From: Octopus vulgaris
Lineage: Eukaryota
Direction of reading: 5' to 3'
Assembly: GCA_951406725.2 (NCBI GenBank)
Contig: OX597816.1
Coordinates: 55,676,001 to 55,740,000, forward strand
Length of the DNA stretch: 64,000 nt
The position numbers and the translations under genes are program-made. The notes under the pieces are model-generated. The model was not told where the DNA came from. It searched no databases and was given only the letters and a program-made list of their open reading frames with translations. Positions 1-15,162 of the stretch are shown piece by piece. Each line of letters starts with the position of its first letter. Positions within the stretch are counted from its first letter, which is position 1.

Positions 1-87
1 CTTTGGAATAAAACCAATGTTGTCTTCGAAATATATGTCGAAAGTAAAATAATTTTAATAACATCTGCGTTCAACTCTATTTATTTA

Positions 88-137
<50 letters not shown>

Positions 138-2727
138 TCGTCGTCATTTTACGACCACGAATAGTTCCGACTGACTGTTCGTAAATCGTAATTCGGCCTA
201 TATTTTTACATTCTTAAGTCACATTCTCAGATAAAAGTCACATACAGCACTCTGTATTATGGCGTTAGTCAAATACATCGGAGTCTCAAGTAGTCGTCAT
301 ATAAACAAATACGAGGTTGCTTCGATGTCTCCGCGACAAGATAATCATCCAAAACAGTGGCGACTGATAACCAGATCTAGGGAATGCATTTGTTAGGTGA
401 CATCATCCGTAGACGGGTGAATTTCTAAGAAATTAAGCCCATTAGACTTCAACTTGACTATTTATTATTACGGCTGGGAGCTGGTGCACCAATAGTCGTT
501 TTAAACTAAACACTACATTTAAGCACATGGATCCTAATCCTCCAAAGAAGTTTTTCCAAGGACTATTATTGAACTTTCAAAGCATAAAGACTCTACAACG
601 TATTGGTATACCTATTTATTAATTTTGTAAATATGTATTATTATTTTTTTGAAAAAAACATTGCAAATTTCTTTTTTCCCCTTCCTCAATTTTTAAACAC
701 ATTATTTTCCCCTTCCAAATTTTGAAAATTTGCCTTGCAATGAAAACTGGTTTGATTTATTTTTTCTTCTTTAATTTTCCATACACCCATTTTTATTAAA
801 ATTTACTTTCAATTTAGCATTCTGCCTTATTATAATTTTTCCTCTCCTATATATATATATATATTATATATATATATAAAGCAATCCATCTAGGTCCTGG
901 AAGTGATTGCAATATTATGGCCCATGAACAGAAAAGTGTTGTTGTGAAACATACAGCAGACAAACCTCTCAGGGGGTGACGAAGTAAAGCTACTTTTGAA
1001 TCTGCCAGTTTATGTAGACATGGATATTGTGGAGACTTTTCTAGGTAGCTTTTTTAGAGACCATCCTGAAAATTGTGATATTTTTATCAAAAGATCTATT
1101 CTAATAGGAAACAATATAGTTCTAAAACAAAATGAGAAAGAAAACAACACCTGATCTAAAGAGATTACGTAAATGCACGATTATAACCACAAACAATCAC
1201 TGCAGTGCTAAATACTTTGGAAACTAAATACAAGAGACGATAACCTCAACTCGAACCTCAATACATTCACTGTAAGAATCACTAGGATATGCAGTTCTTT
1301 GTTTCCAATAGAAAAGGGAAGAAACAAAACGCCGCTCATGGAGCTGCGTGCAGATTTCTATAAAAATCCAGCAATATATTAAAACAATATATTAAATCGA
1401 TACATCAAAACAAGGTAAGTAATGATGGAAGAGTTTACCAGCTCCAAAAATAACAATGAAAAATACTGGGTATGTAAGACTGAAAAGATTGGGAAGACAA
1501 AACGCGCGATATTAGTTAAAGCTAAAATGAATATCTCGGAAAAGTGTCTGCTAATAAGAAAGCTTTTATTTTGTTTTTGTTTTTGAAATATCTCACGGAG
1601 AATTTAGAAACCTGTAATTATATGGAACAAAATATATTATTGAAATGAGCAATTACTAATTTATTAAGAATGTTGTGTTCCTTTTTGACAGATTTGATTT
1701 GAATTGTATTGCGTGTTGTGTATTGAATTCATATTATCTTGTGTCTCACCGATTCCCTTAACATAGAAGAACTAGGAACTACAAAAATTTGAATTATTTC
1801 AAAATGTTCCACTGTTGAACACATGGATATTGAGAGTTAAAAAAGAAACATTCCAAGAATATATGATACCAAGGATGTTAATGGCAACACTATTCCCAAA
1901 GTGTTTGTAAATAAAAGGTAAACACATTAATAATTCTGTATGAAGGCTTATTCCGATTAAACCAGGTTGTCTTTCCTGATATACAACTAAATGCGATTTG
2001 TAAGAGACAGATGAATGAAAATCAGAGACGAGTTGAATCATTAGAGTTTACCAGATCTCTGATCACTGCTTCAAGTTGCCTCAAGTAAGATCAGAGAAAT
2101 CGACTTAAAAAAGACTTCTGGCATGGAAGGAATACCACCATTCACAAACAAGTAAATAGAAATTACCAAAATATTTAGGAATGAATATTTTAAAAGACAG
2201 CCCCAAAGACTTAGCGTTTCATGAGAATGTTAAGTATTTCTTGTGGCGTTTTCGCTTCAATCAAAATAAGAGAAGGAAAGTAATACAACACAGAAATTCA
2301 CCTTAGAAATGAACACGTGGGAAGCAGAGACGCAGAACTGGTTACACGTGACCTTATAATCGAATAGAGATGAAGTTGCAGTAAACATCGAACAGACAAT
2401 GCAAAACCCTACATGGCACGTAATAATAATAATTAGGAAATATAATTTGTGTCAACACGGATGAAGGAATATAACAAGTTAGAAAATATAATGGAAGAAA
2501 CAAAGGAATCAGTAAATAATTTTACGATCAATCAAAGGCTACAAAATATCGTCAAAGAGAAAGAGAAATAGAGTACTCGAATGGTTATGAGACATCAGAA
2601 ATAATTAGAAAGCAAATAACGGCGATATATAATGACATTAAACAAAATAATATAAGCCCCAGAATTATGTTGCAGCAATCAAAGTGGATGGAAAAAATTC
2701 AATAATTCCGTTATTTATTTGGCTTAT

Positions 2728-3095
2728 TTTAATCATTTGAATGTGGCCATGCTGGAGTACCATCCTGAACGGTTTAGTCGGAAAAATCGACCTCGAGACT
2801 TATTTTTAAACTTAGTACTTATTCTATCGGTTCTTTCGCCGAACCGCTATGTTACGGGGACGTAAGCACAACAACACTGGTTGACTAGTGGTGATGGGGA
2901 GACTAGCACAGACACAAAGACACACACATGGATGACGGAATTGTTTCAGTTTCCGTCTATCAAATCCACACACAAGGCTTTGGTCATCCTGAGGCTATAG
3001 TAGAAAAAATTTGCTCAAGGTACCACGCAGTGGGACAGAACCCGGGATCATGTGGTTGGAAAGCAATCATTTTACCACACAGCCACCCTTCGCCT
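2728..3095 (-). mobile_element. tRNA-derived SINE, family A (CORE-like body, LINE-like 3' tail)
   Basis: Minus strand has TGGCTGTGTGG (A-box), GGTTCTGTCCC (B-box-like) and CCTTGAGCAA. Aligns by eye along its length with 57630-58029 and 3271-3620. Confidence 0.85.
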
Positions 3096-3270
3096 ATGAG
3101 GAGAAGAAAAGGAAGAACACCAGATAAATGGAAACAAATCTTCGTTTGAAGGAAAAAATAATAAACATCGTAAGAGAAAGCTTATAAGAAGCGTGTGCAC
3201 GAAAATAGATAACACAAATAAACCATCTCAAAAGAATATTCAGTTTTACTGGAAAAAGAACTGAAAAGAT

Positions 3271-3620
3271 TTGGCTGTGTCGTACGAAGTTTGCTTCCCA
3301 ACCACATGGTTCTGGGTTCAGTCCCTTTTTGTGGCACCTTGGGCAAGTGTTGTATACTATAGCCTTGGAACAACCAAACTCTTGTGAGTGGATTTGGTAG
3401 GCGGAAACAGAAAGAGGCCCGCTGTATATATGTATGTGTCTTTGTTTGTGTTTGTCCCCCCACGACCACTTGACATCGTAACTTAGTTGTTCGGCAAGAG
3501 ACCAATAGAATAAGTACCAGATTTAAAAAGAAAAATAGGTACTGGGGTGGATTAGTTAGGCTAAAAATTGCTTAAGGCGGTGCTCCAGCATGGCCGCTGT
3601 TTTATGATTGAAATAAGTGA
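3271..3620 (+). mobile_element. tRNA-derived SINE, family A
   Basis: TGGCTGTGTCGT...GGGTTCAGTCCC...CACCTTGGGCAAGTGT head; tail GGCGGTGCTCCAGCATGGCCGC. Confidence 0.85.
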
Positions 3621-5159
3621 AGCGCATTACATGTACAACAGACATGGATGCTTGAAATATAAGCTTTATGAAATATATGTATCCCAAAATTGAAACGATA
3701 AAGAGTAACGTACTGCAAGGAGGATTCGGTCCCACATTCTGACAGGATTCTTAGAAAAATGTTAATATTCCAAGGATGCACTTTGTATTGTCTCGATGCT
3801 CCACTATCGAGGTTAGCGACATTACAGGTCACGAATTCGTGGTCTTTGTAACCAACTATCTACAACTTAGAACAAATTACGCTAATCTTGTCAGTAACCT
3901 CTCTGTAACTGCGGTTGAGAAAGCACTTGATTCTCATTTCTGCTTCATTGTGTACAAGAAGCTTCAAGGTTAATTGCCCGCGTATGTATATAGATTTGAC
4001 TACTGTTTAAATAACATACTTCTTTTGGCGGATGGTAACACTCCTACTGTACAGTTCCTCTTCCTGCGACAGCGACTACAAAACCAACACATTTCAACCA
4101 TTTTCCCTATTAGTCTGTACGCTGCTATTATGTTAAACTGCCGTGTGTCCAATTTTGGCCGAATGCGTTTTTTCAACATTTAGTTTTTGCTTGCAATAGC
4201 CGATTCTTTTGGTGAAACTATCGTATCTCCAGCTGCTTCAGATGCCAAAATATCAAAAATTGTCAAAATGTAGTAAATGATTTTGCTATGGAAGGGCGAT
4301 ACTATATTTTCGTTTTCTGACAAAGAAAAGTTTTGGACTTACGACATTTTTGCATAATAACAACGAATTGATACAGTTACAAAGAATAATCCATTTTAGA
4401 TATTACTACCTCATTGTCATTGATATAGAGTATACATTCTCATTGTGGTACTTTAAAAACTTTAAAACTGCTTTTATTTTCCCAAGTCAATGAGATGCCC
4501 ATTATTTCGTTGTGTGGGTATCAGATAAAAACTTTCTGTGCACTCTCTTTTCTTCTCTTGCCGCGGCCGCTGCTGTAACAGGGAGCATAAATCTTCCCCT
4601 CGGCATGGTATTCTAACATTGTCAATAACGTAGTGGTTTTTGCTGCATTCACTGTGATGCGAACCCATCTGTTTGCTAAAACCGCAACATTTTCACTATG
4701 ACAATATTTTACTACACAAACACATACGCACGCAAACATGTATTTAAAACTTCTTTCGCTGTATTGTGTATTCATCACTTTTTGCATTTTTTTTTAAAAT
4801 TTATTATTGATCTACTTTGAAAATGAAACTGTATCCTTTAATTTGCTGCTGTTCTATACACAACCGATAAGATAGCTTGCGGAACAGTCGTTATTTTAAG
4901 GAGATACATCTTGTAATCACCTGATGTGACCCATCTACATCAACAAATGCACCCAAAGCAGTTGTAAAGTACACCACCCGTGAGGGATTAATACTAGATG
5001 GCTCGAAACAATTGTATTGATTAATAAGCATCGTATCTACCATCTCCCATCTCTCTCATTAATCAAATACCAAACGAACACTGTAGCGAACGAGCTTTAC
5101 CGGTAAGCTACCAGATGTATATCAGACGATTCATAGTCAAATAATACATATATATATAT

Positions 5160-5215
<56 letters not shown>

Positions 5216-5557
5216 CTCTTCCTTTCTGTTTCAGACTTTAAATTATCATTTTCCGCTCAATTGTCAATGCTGCCAACCTTATGATACCATGATTAGGATC
5301 AATAATTTCTTAATAAAGAAATTTAAATGTCAAAATTTAAAAAGCACCGTTATTGTTTGGACGACGAAGCTGCGTTGAGAACGCGACGTAAATGAAACCC
5401 ACCGGTATCGTACGGGACCATGTCTCCATGAAATTTCCACGAGAATATAAAGAGATACTTTGTTGTTTGATGGAATAAACATCGTGTGTTTTTAATTGTT
5501 CTGTGACGTTGAATTCTGTAGTCTTCATAGGAATAGCCGAGAACAATGAGAAACACT

Positions 5558-5638
<81 letters not shown>
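5558..5638. repeat. (AGT)n microsatellite
   Basis: Perfect trinucleotide run; source of the poly-L/T/V ORFs. Confidence 0.98.
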
Positions 5639-6246
5639 AGTAGAACACAGACAAAAACAGCAAAAAAGCAAAAACAAGAGAAACAACAAAGTGATGTAAG
5701 AACGAAAGACAGCAAAACTAATGTAATTTTATAGCAGAAAAAACTCCGAAACTAGTCGAAATATATCAAAGCAAATTGTTATCTCGACACACAGTAATGA
5801 AACAACAATATCAAAACCTTTTTGTCTTGTGAAAGTTTCTATATCGACCGAAATAATCTATTGTATAAATCGTTTTTTCTACTAACGTAGAAGGGAAGAG
5901 GCGACGTATGTAAACAGATAAGAAATAGTATACACTACATAGGATTTGTACATATGCATACCAATTAAAAAAAGTAAAGCAACGTTTTTTTTTTTTTACA
6001 TTAATCTGTCTGTGATATCTTTAGTTTCAATCTAATACAAGCAAACGACTTAGGAAAGCCTACATAACATAAAACAAAAATGTTTAAATAAAGGGAGAAG
6101 AGGCGATCAAACGTAAATAGGTTGTGATTAGAATACAATAAAGCAAGTGATAAACTTTAAATATAAAACGTGGCGTTCAGATGACAAATGATTACGTAAT
6201 GGAATGCCAGGAGGGTGAGAGAGTTTAGATGGAAATAGATTGCCAA

Positions 6247-6256
6247 ATATATGCAG

Positions 6257-6302
<46 letters not shown>

Positions 6303-6331
6303 ATACACACACACACATGAATATACATAAA

Positions 6332-6364
<33 letters not shown>

Positions 6365-6370
6365 ACATAC

Positions 6371-6409
<39 letters not shown>

Positions 6410-6494
6410 ACATACATACATACATATATATATATATAACATACATACATACATATATAACATACATACATACATACATATATATATAACATAC

Positions 6495-6527
<33 letters not shown>

Positions 6528-6819
6528 ACATACATACATACATATATATATATATAACATACATACATACATACATATATAACATACATACATACATACA
6601 TATATATATAACATACATACATACATACATATATATATATAACATACATACATACATACATATATATATAACATACATACATACATATGTATATAACATA
6701 CATACATATATATATAACATACATACATACATACATATATAACATACATAACATACATACATACATATATAACATACATACATACATACATATAAAACAT
6801 ACATACATACATATATAAC

Positions 6820-6893
<74 letters not shown>

Positions 6894-6900
6894 GTATATA
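6247..6900. repeat. Compound (AT)n/(ACAT)n satellite with higher-order unit AACATAC...ATAT
   Basis: Directly visible recurring unit of variable length. Confidence 0.95.
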
Positions 6901-7294
6901 TGAGATTGATTGGTGTTATTTGTCGGATACAAGTAAATATACGATATTTAATCTACAATGATCGCAGTCAGCAAACCAAAACAACACATGTAAACAAGAA
7001 TATTCTAAGGCAATGGTAGAATTATTCTCAGTCTTTGGGTAAATATACCAGGAACCAATAAATCTTGATCTCATTGTAAATAACAGAACTGAAAAACAAT
7101 GCAAATAGCATGAACATCTCAACAGCGCCGAAATTATTGGTTAAAAGCTTTACGATGCCTGAAGATGTTGCTTGTGTTATATGATAGGAAATTAGCTACA
7201 GAAGATTAACAACTCGGGCAAATAATATTAGACAAATCATGTGAAAATGAACTTCAAGGGAGATGAATGAGATTCTCTCTCCCTCTCCTCCCAC

Positions 7295-7352
<58 letters not shown>

Positions 7353-9556
7353 AAATTATTGGCAATTATAGCAGTAGCACAACAGAACGTATTTTACGAA
7401 TGGAATTTAAAACTGTCGATGAAATAATAAACCGATTCATTTTCCATGCGATTGTAAGAAGAGAAAGTCTTTAGAATGTAAATAAATATCTCCACAACGC
7501 GAAAAAGTACAGGAAATAAAACAAAAAATAAAAACAGAGAGGCAAATGATAAAGCTCAGCATTACCAGATATAAACAAAGAAAATGAAAATATTTGAAGA
7601 AAAACATAAATATTTTTACGACATATATCGCCAAGGATGATAAATAAGTTATGGTATGAGAGTTGAAATTGGAAACTTTAACAAAAGCTTTAAGTTTGGA
7701 GTGATAACAGATTGGTAAATAAATATTCTTAATTATAAGGGATCGTGCGAAAGAAACCTCTTCCAGAAACATTCTATAGATGAATAAATAATTCGGATAT
7801 AGCGATAAAATACATTCACTATGATTATTACAAACAGAGGTTTATTTGGAAAAGATCTAATGACACATAAGGTTGTTTTTCTCAACACATTCGACACAAT
7901 AGAAAGCTTGTAACAGTTTGTAAACACACCGTAAGATTGACGTATATCTGCTTTCATATAATAACAACAAAATGAGAGGAGAATACCGTGTTTAAGAATT
8001 TAAGAAATGGAACAAAACGGAAATAATTTGTCTATTATCATTAAACTCTTAGAACTGCTATAGGTATTTTCATAATCGCAAAATCCTACCAGCAGAGCAT
8101 TGAACATATGTTAGATATAAATACACACTTATCATTAACAAAAATGTCGGAAGAACAATTGATTTAAGTGTCCCCTAATCGATTATACTTGAAGCACTCA
8201 TATAATCTTGTATATTTGAAGCACTCATAATAAATACAGTACGGCTAAGTAGAATATTTCTGTCAATAAGCCATATAAACGAAGTAAATCATGAGAAGAG
8301 TGAGAGTTGGGAGTTAGATATATTCAAAAGAAGACGTTTGTCTGCTGAATGTCAAACGAATATGCTTCAGTAGAGAGAAACTCAAAACATATAATGAACT
8401 TAAAGTAAATAAACTAATGAACCAAATTAGTTCGGTATGGTAATTAACTTCATTCATTCAACAAAACCCCACCACATCAAACCTCATTCAGTACTCTTCT
8501 GGCAACGCAGTGAAGCTTAGAACAATGACAGTTTCCAAACAAAACCTGAAAGAAAGAATTACTAATTACCGCATCCTTAGTGACTTAGAGTCGTTCACCA
8601 TCTCACCATCATAACTGAAAGCATTCATGATAAAAGGAGAATATGAATTTGTTCCATGGAGCACATTTATTACAACCTGTCTCATATCAAAGCCAAAACA
8701 CAAACTTTAGATATAACATTTCAAATAAGGAATGACAGTGATGTGTATAAACAAAGACTTGTAGCTACTTCGAATATGCTGCTGGCATATTCAGACCCGT
8801 AAAAAATGCCATTCATTTGTATGTTATCTGCAACTGAGGAGAAAATATTCACTCTGAAGTGTACACGTCTAATAGTCTGGTTAGGGGGCGCAGTGAGCTG
8901 GCGCAGTACATTTGCACCTTTTTTGTCTACGCAAGAAGTTTTCACCATGAGAAAATGTAGTAACTGGCTTCGAATATGTCTCAAGAATCATTCAAGGCAG
9001 CCCTCGAATATTTCATTGGAAATACTTTATATTACTATTCCAACATTTAGAATATAATCAAAACAGATAATAAAGTACTGGGTATGTGAGCATTGACCCC
9101 GTAACAGCATAGTGGCGATGATGATACGATAAAATCTTCTACTCTTTCAATTTACCTGTTGTTGTTTTCCTTTTCTCTTTTATATTCTTTGGATATTTAC
9201 AACATACATATTCTTGTTTGACCTTTCACAGAATATTTTTTTCTGTTATAATCACAAAAGCAAAATATATGTATATTATTTTTTTCACGACAATACTATA
9301 TTAAACTTTAAATTGAAATGAGAAACGGCGTAGGCATCTGTGTATCATACGAAATGTATGAACAAGGTAGACATGCAAGCTACTGTGGTTCGCATGGATT
9401 TAAACAAATGTAATTAAGACTTTTCCTCTCGGAAAAAAATGTAACAATATATATCAAACGCTTCAAGAGTGTATATGCATTTAGTTTGCATACAGGTGCT
9501 TGCTTCGAATTAATGCTTTTTCAACTCCGTTCACCGAATTTTATATTATTATTATT

Positions 9557-9603
9557 TATCTAGTGTCAGCTCACGAGCTGTGGCCATGCTGGGTCACCGC
9601 CAT
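9557..9603 (-). mobile_element. Orphan 3' tail of the CR1/L2-type LINE
   Basis: Minus strand GGCGGTGACCCAGCATGGCCACAGCTCGTGAGCTGACAC matches the LINE end at 45548-45600. Confidence 0.75.
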
Positions 9604-9846
9604 TTATATATAGATATATATTGTCAATAATAATAATAAGGGTAAAATTAATTAATTAGTAATTAATAATTTTACCAAGCATGTATGTAAAAAGACCATT
9701 TACGGTATATTTAAAAGTTTACTTTATATAATTAGGGTTCAGCAATTTCCTCTACTATAAGAAGTATAGTAGAGGAAATAGCTAAATGCTTTGGCTGCTA
9801 TTTCTAAAAGTTCGGTGTGTGGTAAAGTAATTTTTTTTGCTGAACC

Positions 9847-9903
<57 letters not shown>

Positions 9904-12172
9904 TATTAATATTTCCTTCGAATTGTTACTTTTAGAATAAGGATCAACACTTTGAACCTTTGCTCCTGCTACTGACAACAACAGGTAAAATAGTCGACTT
10001 GTATTTCTGTTAAGTGTAAATTGGCAACAGTGACGTAACTCCTGAGTTCCAGAATAGTGTACTTATGTGTATGGCAGTGGCGAGAGAAAAGCTGAAAAAA
10101 GTAGAGTTTGTGAATTTGTAAGTTAGGAAGTTCGTGAAAAGTAGTGTTATATAATTCTGGTGGAAATAATAAAGGGGATGTGTATGTGTGGCAGTGTGGG
10201 GAATAGGCATAGAGCGAGAGAGAGAGAGAGCGAGAGTGATCGAGAGAGAGAGAGAGAGAGTGAGAGAGAGTTACAAATCTCGGTATCCCAATATGTTAGA
10301 TATTGTCATGGCGTCCATGCTTTCTGAGTGAAACAGAAGAGATGGAAACCGCTAGAAAGATTGTCCTATGAATTGTGTTCGGAATTTTGAGGTCTAGCCT
10401 TATCCTCTGTATCACTGGTTCTTCACGACAATTACGTTAAAGGTGCATCCGTCAAGCCTGAACCCAACGATTCTGATGTTAAACTAATCGACTAAGCATC
10501 TGCTCGAAAATGACGGATAATCTACAATTTATGAAGAAGCTTGAAAAACATCGATAATCTACTTATAATGGTGTATTACCATTTGCCTTTTAGAATGGCG
10601 TCCAGAGACGCTTAAATATAAATAACTTTTCTGTTCCCTGTAAAATCAATGGTTAACTTAATTCATCGCCTGATTTAACAAGTTCTCTTTCGCTTGGATG
10701 AGTTTAGCAGTACCCACTCGGTTGTCAGTGTCCGTGCTAATCCTCTGATCTGTGAATAATGTCTTCCTTTCCACCCACCAGCCAGGAAAGACCTAATATC
10801 GGCCTAAGTATTGTCATTATAAGAAAAAAAATTAATAAAACAGCGTTGATTCCAAAATATATCTGATCGTGGAATGTCAAGTAATTATCTTGAAAAATGT
10901 TATATGTTGCATCGACCACTCGAGACTTGATTATTGCATTACCGCCTAAAATAGTAGCAATATGACATCTTGGTTATCAACGAATCTATCAATGACAATA
11001 TCATTCATATTTAAAATATGACTACATTTAATAACATAGTCATTAATTTATAATTCACTCAAACCCGTATGGCAAATTTACATCGAATAGAAACGAAATG
11101 AATTCCTACATATGATATTTATAAAAGAAATGCATCCAAAATTACTAAGATCATTTTTGTGAGGAATGAGTTACAAATATACTGAAAGTGTTCCATTGCA
11201 TATGACTGAAAATAGGTTTAATTTCAATCTTTGCTGTTATAAACCAACATCGACCAATCAAAAACATTCCAACCGTGACAGTCTCATCTACTTAGGAATG
11301 ATCATTCATTGGATTACAAATCTTTGCCCATGAATGCATTATTCCAGTTTTCATTTCCGCTATTCAGGATAAAGGAAGGGTTCCATGATCCTTTACCCGG
11401 CCGCCGAAAAATCCTACCCTTCTTTCATATACTTGCTAGAGACCCGACACGACTTCCATCAACGCCATCATCTGGCATCTAAGGTTGCTAGTAGAAGGAT
11501 GCTAAAGCGAAAACAGTATTAATTCATATGTTAGCATTCGATTGTAAAGACTTTTAGCTGCCTCATCATATCTCAAGAGTTATTATCCTCCTATCAAATC
11601 TAAGCAACAGCAAATCAGGTCAATATCATTCGAAAGATCACTATGGCATTCATTGTATATTTCCAGGCAGTACTTAGGTCACATCAGCAATGGTTGAATA
11701 GGTGATGTGAGCCTAAAATTGTTCCAAAGATATTCATCGCATGCTTGGTAGATCTAGGGCTAAAATATTCCATGTAACTTTCGGTTTAAGGCAGGATTTG
11801 GGAAAGATTTGTCTGCTACCTGTCGCATATGGAGCTAACCAGAAATATTATCTGTTTCAGGTTCGGTTCAGGATTCGGGTTGAAGCTTTGTTTTTGGTGA
11901 GGTTAAGAATTCCTGCCGCTGTCGCCTCTCGTTCAATCGAATAGAAGCCATTTCATTGGTTGACATTCAGCAGCTCTCTCGACGTCAAAGCAACTCATTG
12001 ATAACACATTATGGAAGCATGAAATTTAAATGCAATCAGTCGGTTTGGGTGTCCCATTCGAAATCGAATGACATTTTATATGGGCATGATGATTATTAGT
12101 ATTCACACACAGACACACACACACACATGCACCCAAGCACACACATACTCACACACATACACACAGACATAT

Positions 12173-12210
<38 letters not shown>

Positions 12211-12265
12211 CATACGCTCATGGAAATATCTGTATCTATATATATACATATGCTTGTGTGTGTGC

Positions 12266-12425
12266 AGGCGCGTGGCTTAGTACTTAGGATCTTGTACTCC
12301 TGATCGTAAGATTGTGGTTTAAATTCTTGGGCAAGCGATATGTTGTGTTCTTGCGCAAAACACTGCATTTCACGTTGCCCCAGTCTACTGAATTGCCAAA
12401 AATCAGTAATCGTGCGATGGAGCAC
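12266..12425 (+). mobile_element. CORE-type SINE, family D (5' part)
   Basis: GGCGCGTGGCTTAGT A-box, GGTTTAAATTC B-box, TGTGTTCTTGCGCAAAACACT..TTTCACGTTG CORE-like segment shared with 21700-21760. Confidence 0.7.
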
Positions 12426-13299
12426 TCACCTGAAGTGTTTGAAACAAACGGCATCTAAAGTTGAAATTGGAACTACCAAACATCTGAAGAGATTTAACCC
12501 AGGCATGTATCGATAGGTGTTTGTCGAGTCTGTTCGATATAAAAGCCAGAGTCTCTTTTCGAAAAATGGTTGGACTCCTTGAATGATGTCACCGTTCCAT
12601 ACGCTTGCTTGTGTACGTGTGCGTGCATGCGTTTCTCTGTGTGTGCGCGCGCGCAAGTACAAAGCCCTAGAAAAGCCACTGACAACCAAGATTATCACCC
12701 ACATACATCTGGTCTAGTTTAGCATAAGTCTCCCTTGCTGATGTCCCTCGTAACTGTTTACGACCCGTTAACAGAAAAGCAAGTATAGAAATACTTGCCT
12801 TGTATTGTACTGTGCTTCCTCTCCTGGTTTCGGTACCCAAGACACAGACACCCTTCCCACACACATATGCTTCATTTAACAGAAGAACAATATGAAAGTG
12901 CAAATTTTGCATTTGTCAAACCCGTTGATAGATGCAACGTTTATTTGCAGGTGAACATTACCTGAGTTTTTGCCATTTACAGCTTTTCGCACAACGAACA
13001 GTGATATCGGTTAGATCAATAAAGCGTGACCAATAATGCCTCTGTTAATATACAACTGCCCTTTAAACATCAAGCTAGTTTATTAACAGCTGGATTTAAG
13101 TGTTTCGTTTGGAATTAGCCGCAAACACACCCAGTCCGCGCATAAACACATACGCACAAACTCATATACATATTCGTTACGTGTGTCTCTCAAGTGCATA
13201 CATATACGAAAGTGCATATTTTCGTGTTTGTGTTTATGTATGAAGAGGTGGTTTTATCCTGGGTAGAAGAAACAAGATAGATAAAAGTTCCATACATGA

Positions 13300-13551
13300 G
13301 CGTGTGAAAGGTAGGAGAGTCCAGTTTGCTGGACATTGTTGTAGAGCTGAAAAAGAAGTAATTTCTACTCTTCTCTGGAAGCCATCTACTCGCAATACCA
13401 GAGGGCGCACACTCTCCTACCCTGATGTAATCTCCAGGGATACAGGCATTCAGCAACAGGACCTCCGTAATGCCATGATGGACCTTGAAGTCTGGCGTAG
13501 CATGGTAAATTCCATTGTGTCGACCACGGTCGAACAATGAGGATGATGATG
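13300..13551 (+). mobile_element. RTE-clade LINE 3' end fragment
   Basis: RRVQFAGHCCR...LLWKP...RGR...AMMDLEVWRSMV is the typical RTE ORF2 C-terminus, followed by a (GAT)n tail. Confidence 0.85.
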
Positions 13552-14299
13552 TGTATACTTATTTTTTGAAAGAGAACAATCTTACATAACTGAGTCAAGT
13601 ATTGCTCCGCTTACACATTGTATCTGTAATGTGTGGGTCAGTTGGTAAATTTCTTTTTCTGAAAATCGAACCATATCAAGACTAACAGTTAGGCATTTGC
13701 ATACAAAACCGAGTGCTCCAATTATTATTGGTATAAATGTAAACTTTCAATTCGGATATAGAAGCTGGCGGTTTCGATACCGTTGTGTATAGTTATCTTC
13801 TTTCTCTTTGCTTTTCAAAGAGATATTCACATAAGCAGAACAGCTGACTTGCGTGACGGCACATGCCTTTTTCTTGTCTGTCCCAAACAACAATATCAGG
13901 ACCGTTATGCTTAAACTCGTCAGATGTTTACACTTGACAGATGCTTACATTTGACATGTTTTAATGAGAATGTTCCACCAGTATTCATTGTGTTGATATT
14001 TGAGTGCGTATTCGATAACAATGGGGTTCTCTATATTTATGCCAGGATCGTCTGTTTTTCCGAATGGCATTGCATATCATTTCTACGACAACGTTACGTT
14101 GTAGAGGGAAGTAGATCCTTGATGACATCTTTGGGTAGCTGCTAATCACATAATAATATGATAATTTACAATTACGATGAACTCTAAGGACTTCACTGTC
14201 TTTTTTGTCGATTAGATATTTACGAACAATATCCTGTTCTTGGATTGCAAATGAATAATCTTCCAAGTGTGATGTGAGGCAGAGGTCATAGTCCAAGAG

Positions 14300-14935
14300 C
14301 GGCTTCCCTTCATGTCAATATTACTATCTTCAAGTTTTCGACAAATGTACCCATACATGTTATTTGTATGGTATGCTGAGTATTTCACCTCCAGGGGATC
14401 TTTGAGACATGCTAGTCCGGCTGATTTGGGTTTGTATGGGAGGTCATCAGAAAGAGAGCATTTCTTGAGGAGCTCACTTCCAATATGTAGAATATTGTTT
14501 TCAGCACTACGTTAATGTATCTATTTTTGATGTTGTTGTTTAGCAAATAGTGTCTGAGAGAGCCTCTGTGACATGCGAAAGCTGTCTGCACTGGTCTCAA
14601 GGCCCTACCTCCTTTATCTCTACTTAGGGGGAGTCTCTCAATATAACTATGCATGTGGAGATTTCCAGTTTATGTTTGAATTATGCAGGTTTTAATGTTT
14701 ATTGAGTGAATTTCTTCTACAGATAAGTCAATTATCCCAAATGTTGGAACCAGCACAGGTACTGCAGATGCTTTATAGAATATTGTCATGTTGTAAGAGG
14801 CGAGGTCAGACTGCCAGAATTTTCTTAATCTGTTATAATATTCTTGGTCACTCTATCTTCATTCACAGTACCTTTGTATGATATATTTTCATCAATGTCT
14901 TGGTACGTGTGGTACAGGAAAGATAGTGAGGCAAT
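14300..14935 (-). mobile_element. R4/Dong-like non-LTR retrotransposon fragment (post-RT region)
   Basis: IERLPLSRDKGGRAL resembles the RLYLPRxxGGRGL motif; upstream AVPVLVPTFGII; degenerate. Confidence 0.7.
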
Positions 14936-15126
14936 TGTTGCACGAGTTTTCGATCAGAGAGACTGATTTTTTCCGTTCAACAAATAAATAATAACATTTA
15001 TTCTGATCAAATTCCATTCATGTATCAGCTGAAAATGTTTTTAGTTCCAGAAGTTAACATTTTTAGCATAAATATTGAGGTCATCCATAAAGAAATTGTA
15101 TATGTATGTATGAATTTACATACACA

Positions 15127-15159
<33 letters not shown>

Positions 15160-15162
<3 letters not shown>

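Noticed and set aside
900-2700. Possible LINE or host coding remnants (also 7400-9050 and 10300-12000)
   Set aside because: Purine-skewed and TE-like, but I could read no diagnostic motifs with confidence.
4975-5760. GAAAC-AATT-GTA (5005-5016) and GAAAC-TA-GTC (about 5748) as hammerheads; likewise GAAATATATGTC at 28-39
   Set aside because: No convincing CUGANGA strand or stem I; could be chance or very old vestiges, and the first-line case is cut by the window edge.
6128-6932. Long ORFs of 222-235 aa (YICMYV repeats)
   Set aside because: Translations of the AT/ACAT satellite; open on several frames by construction.
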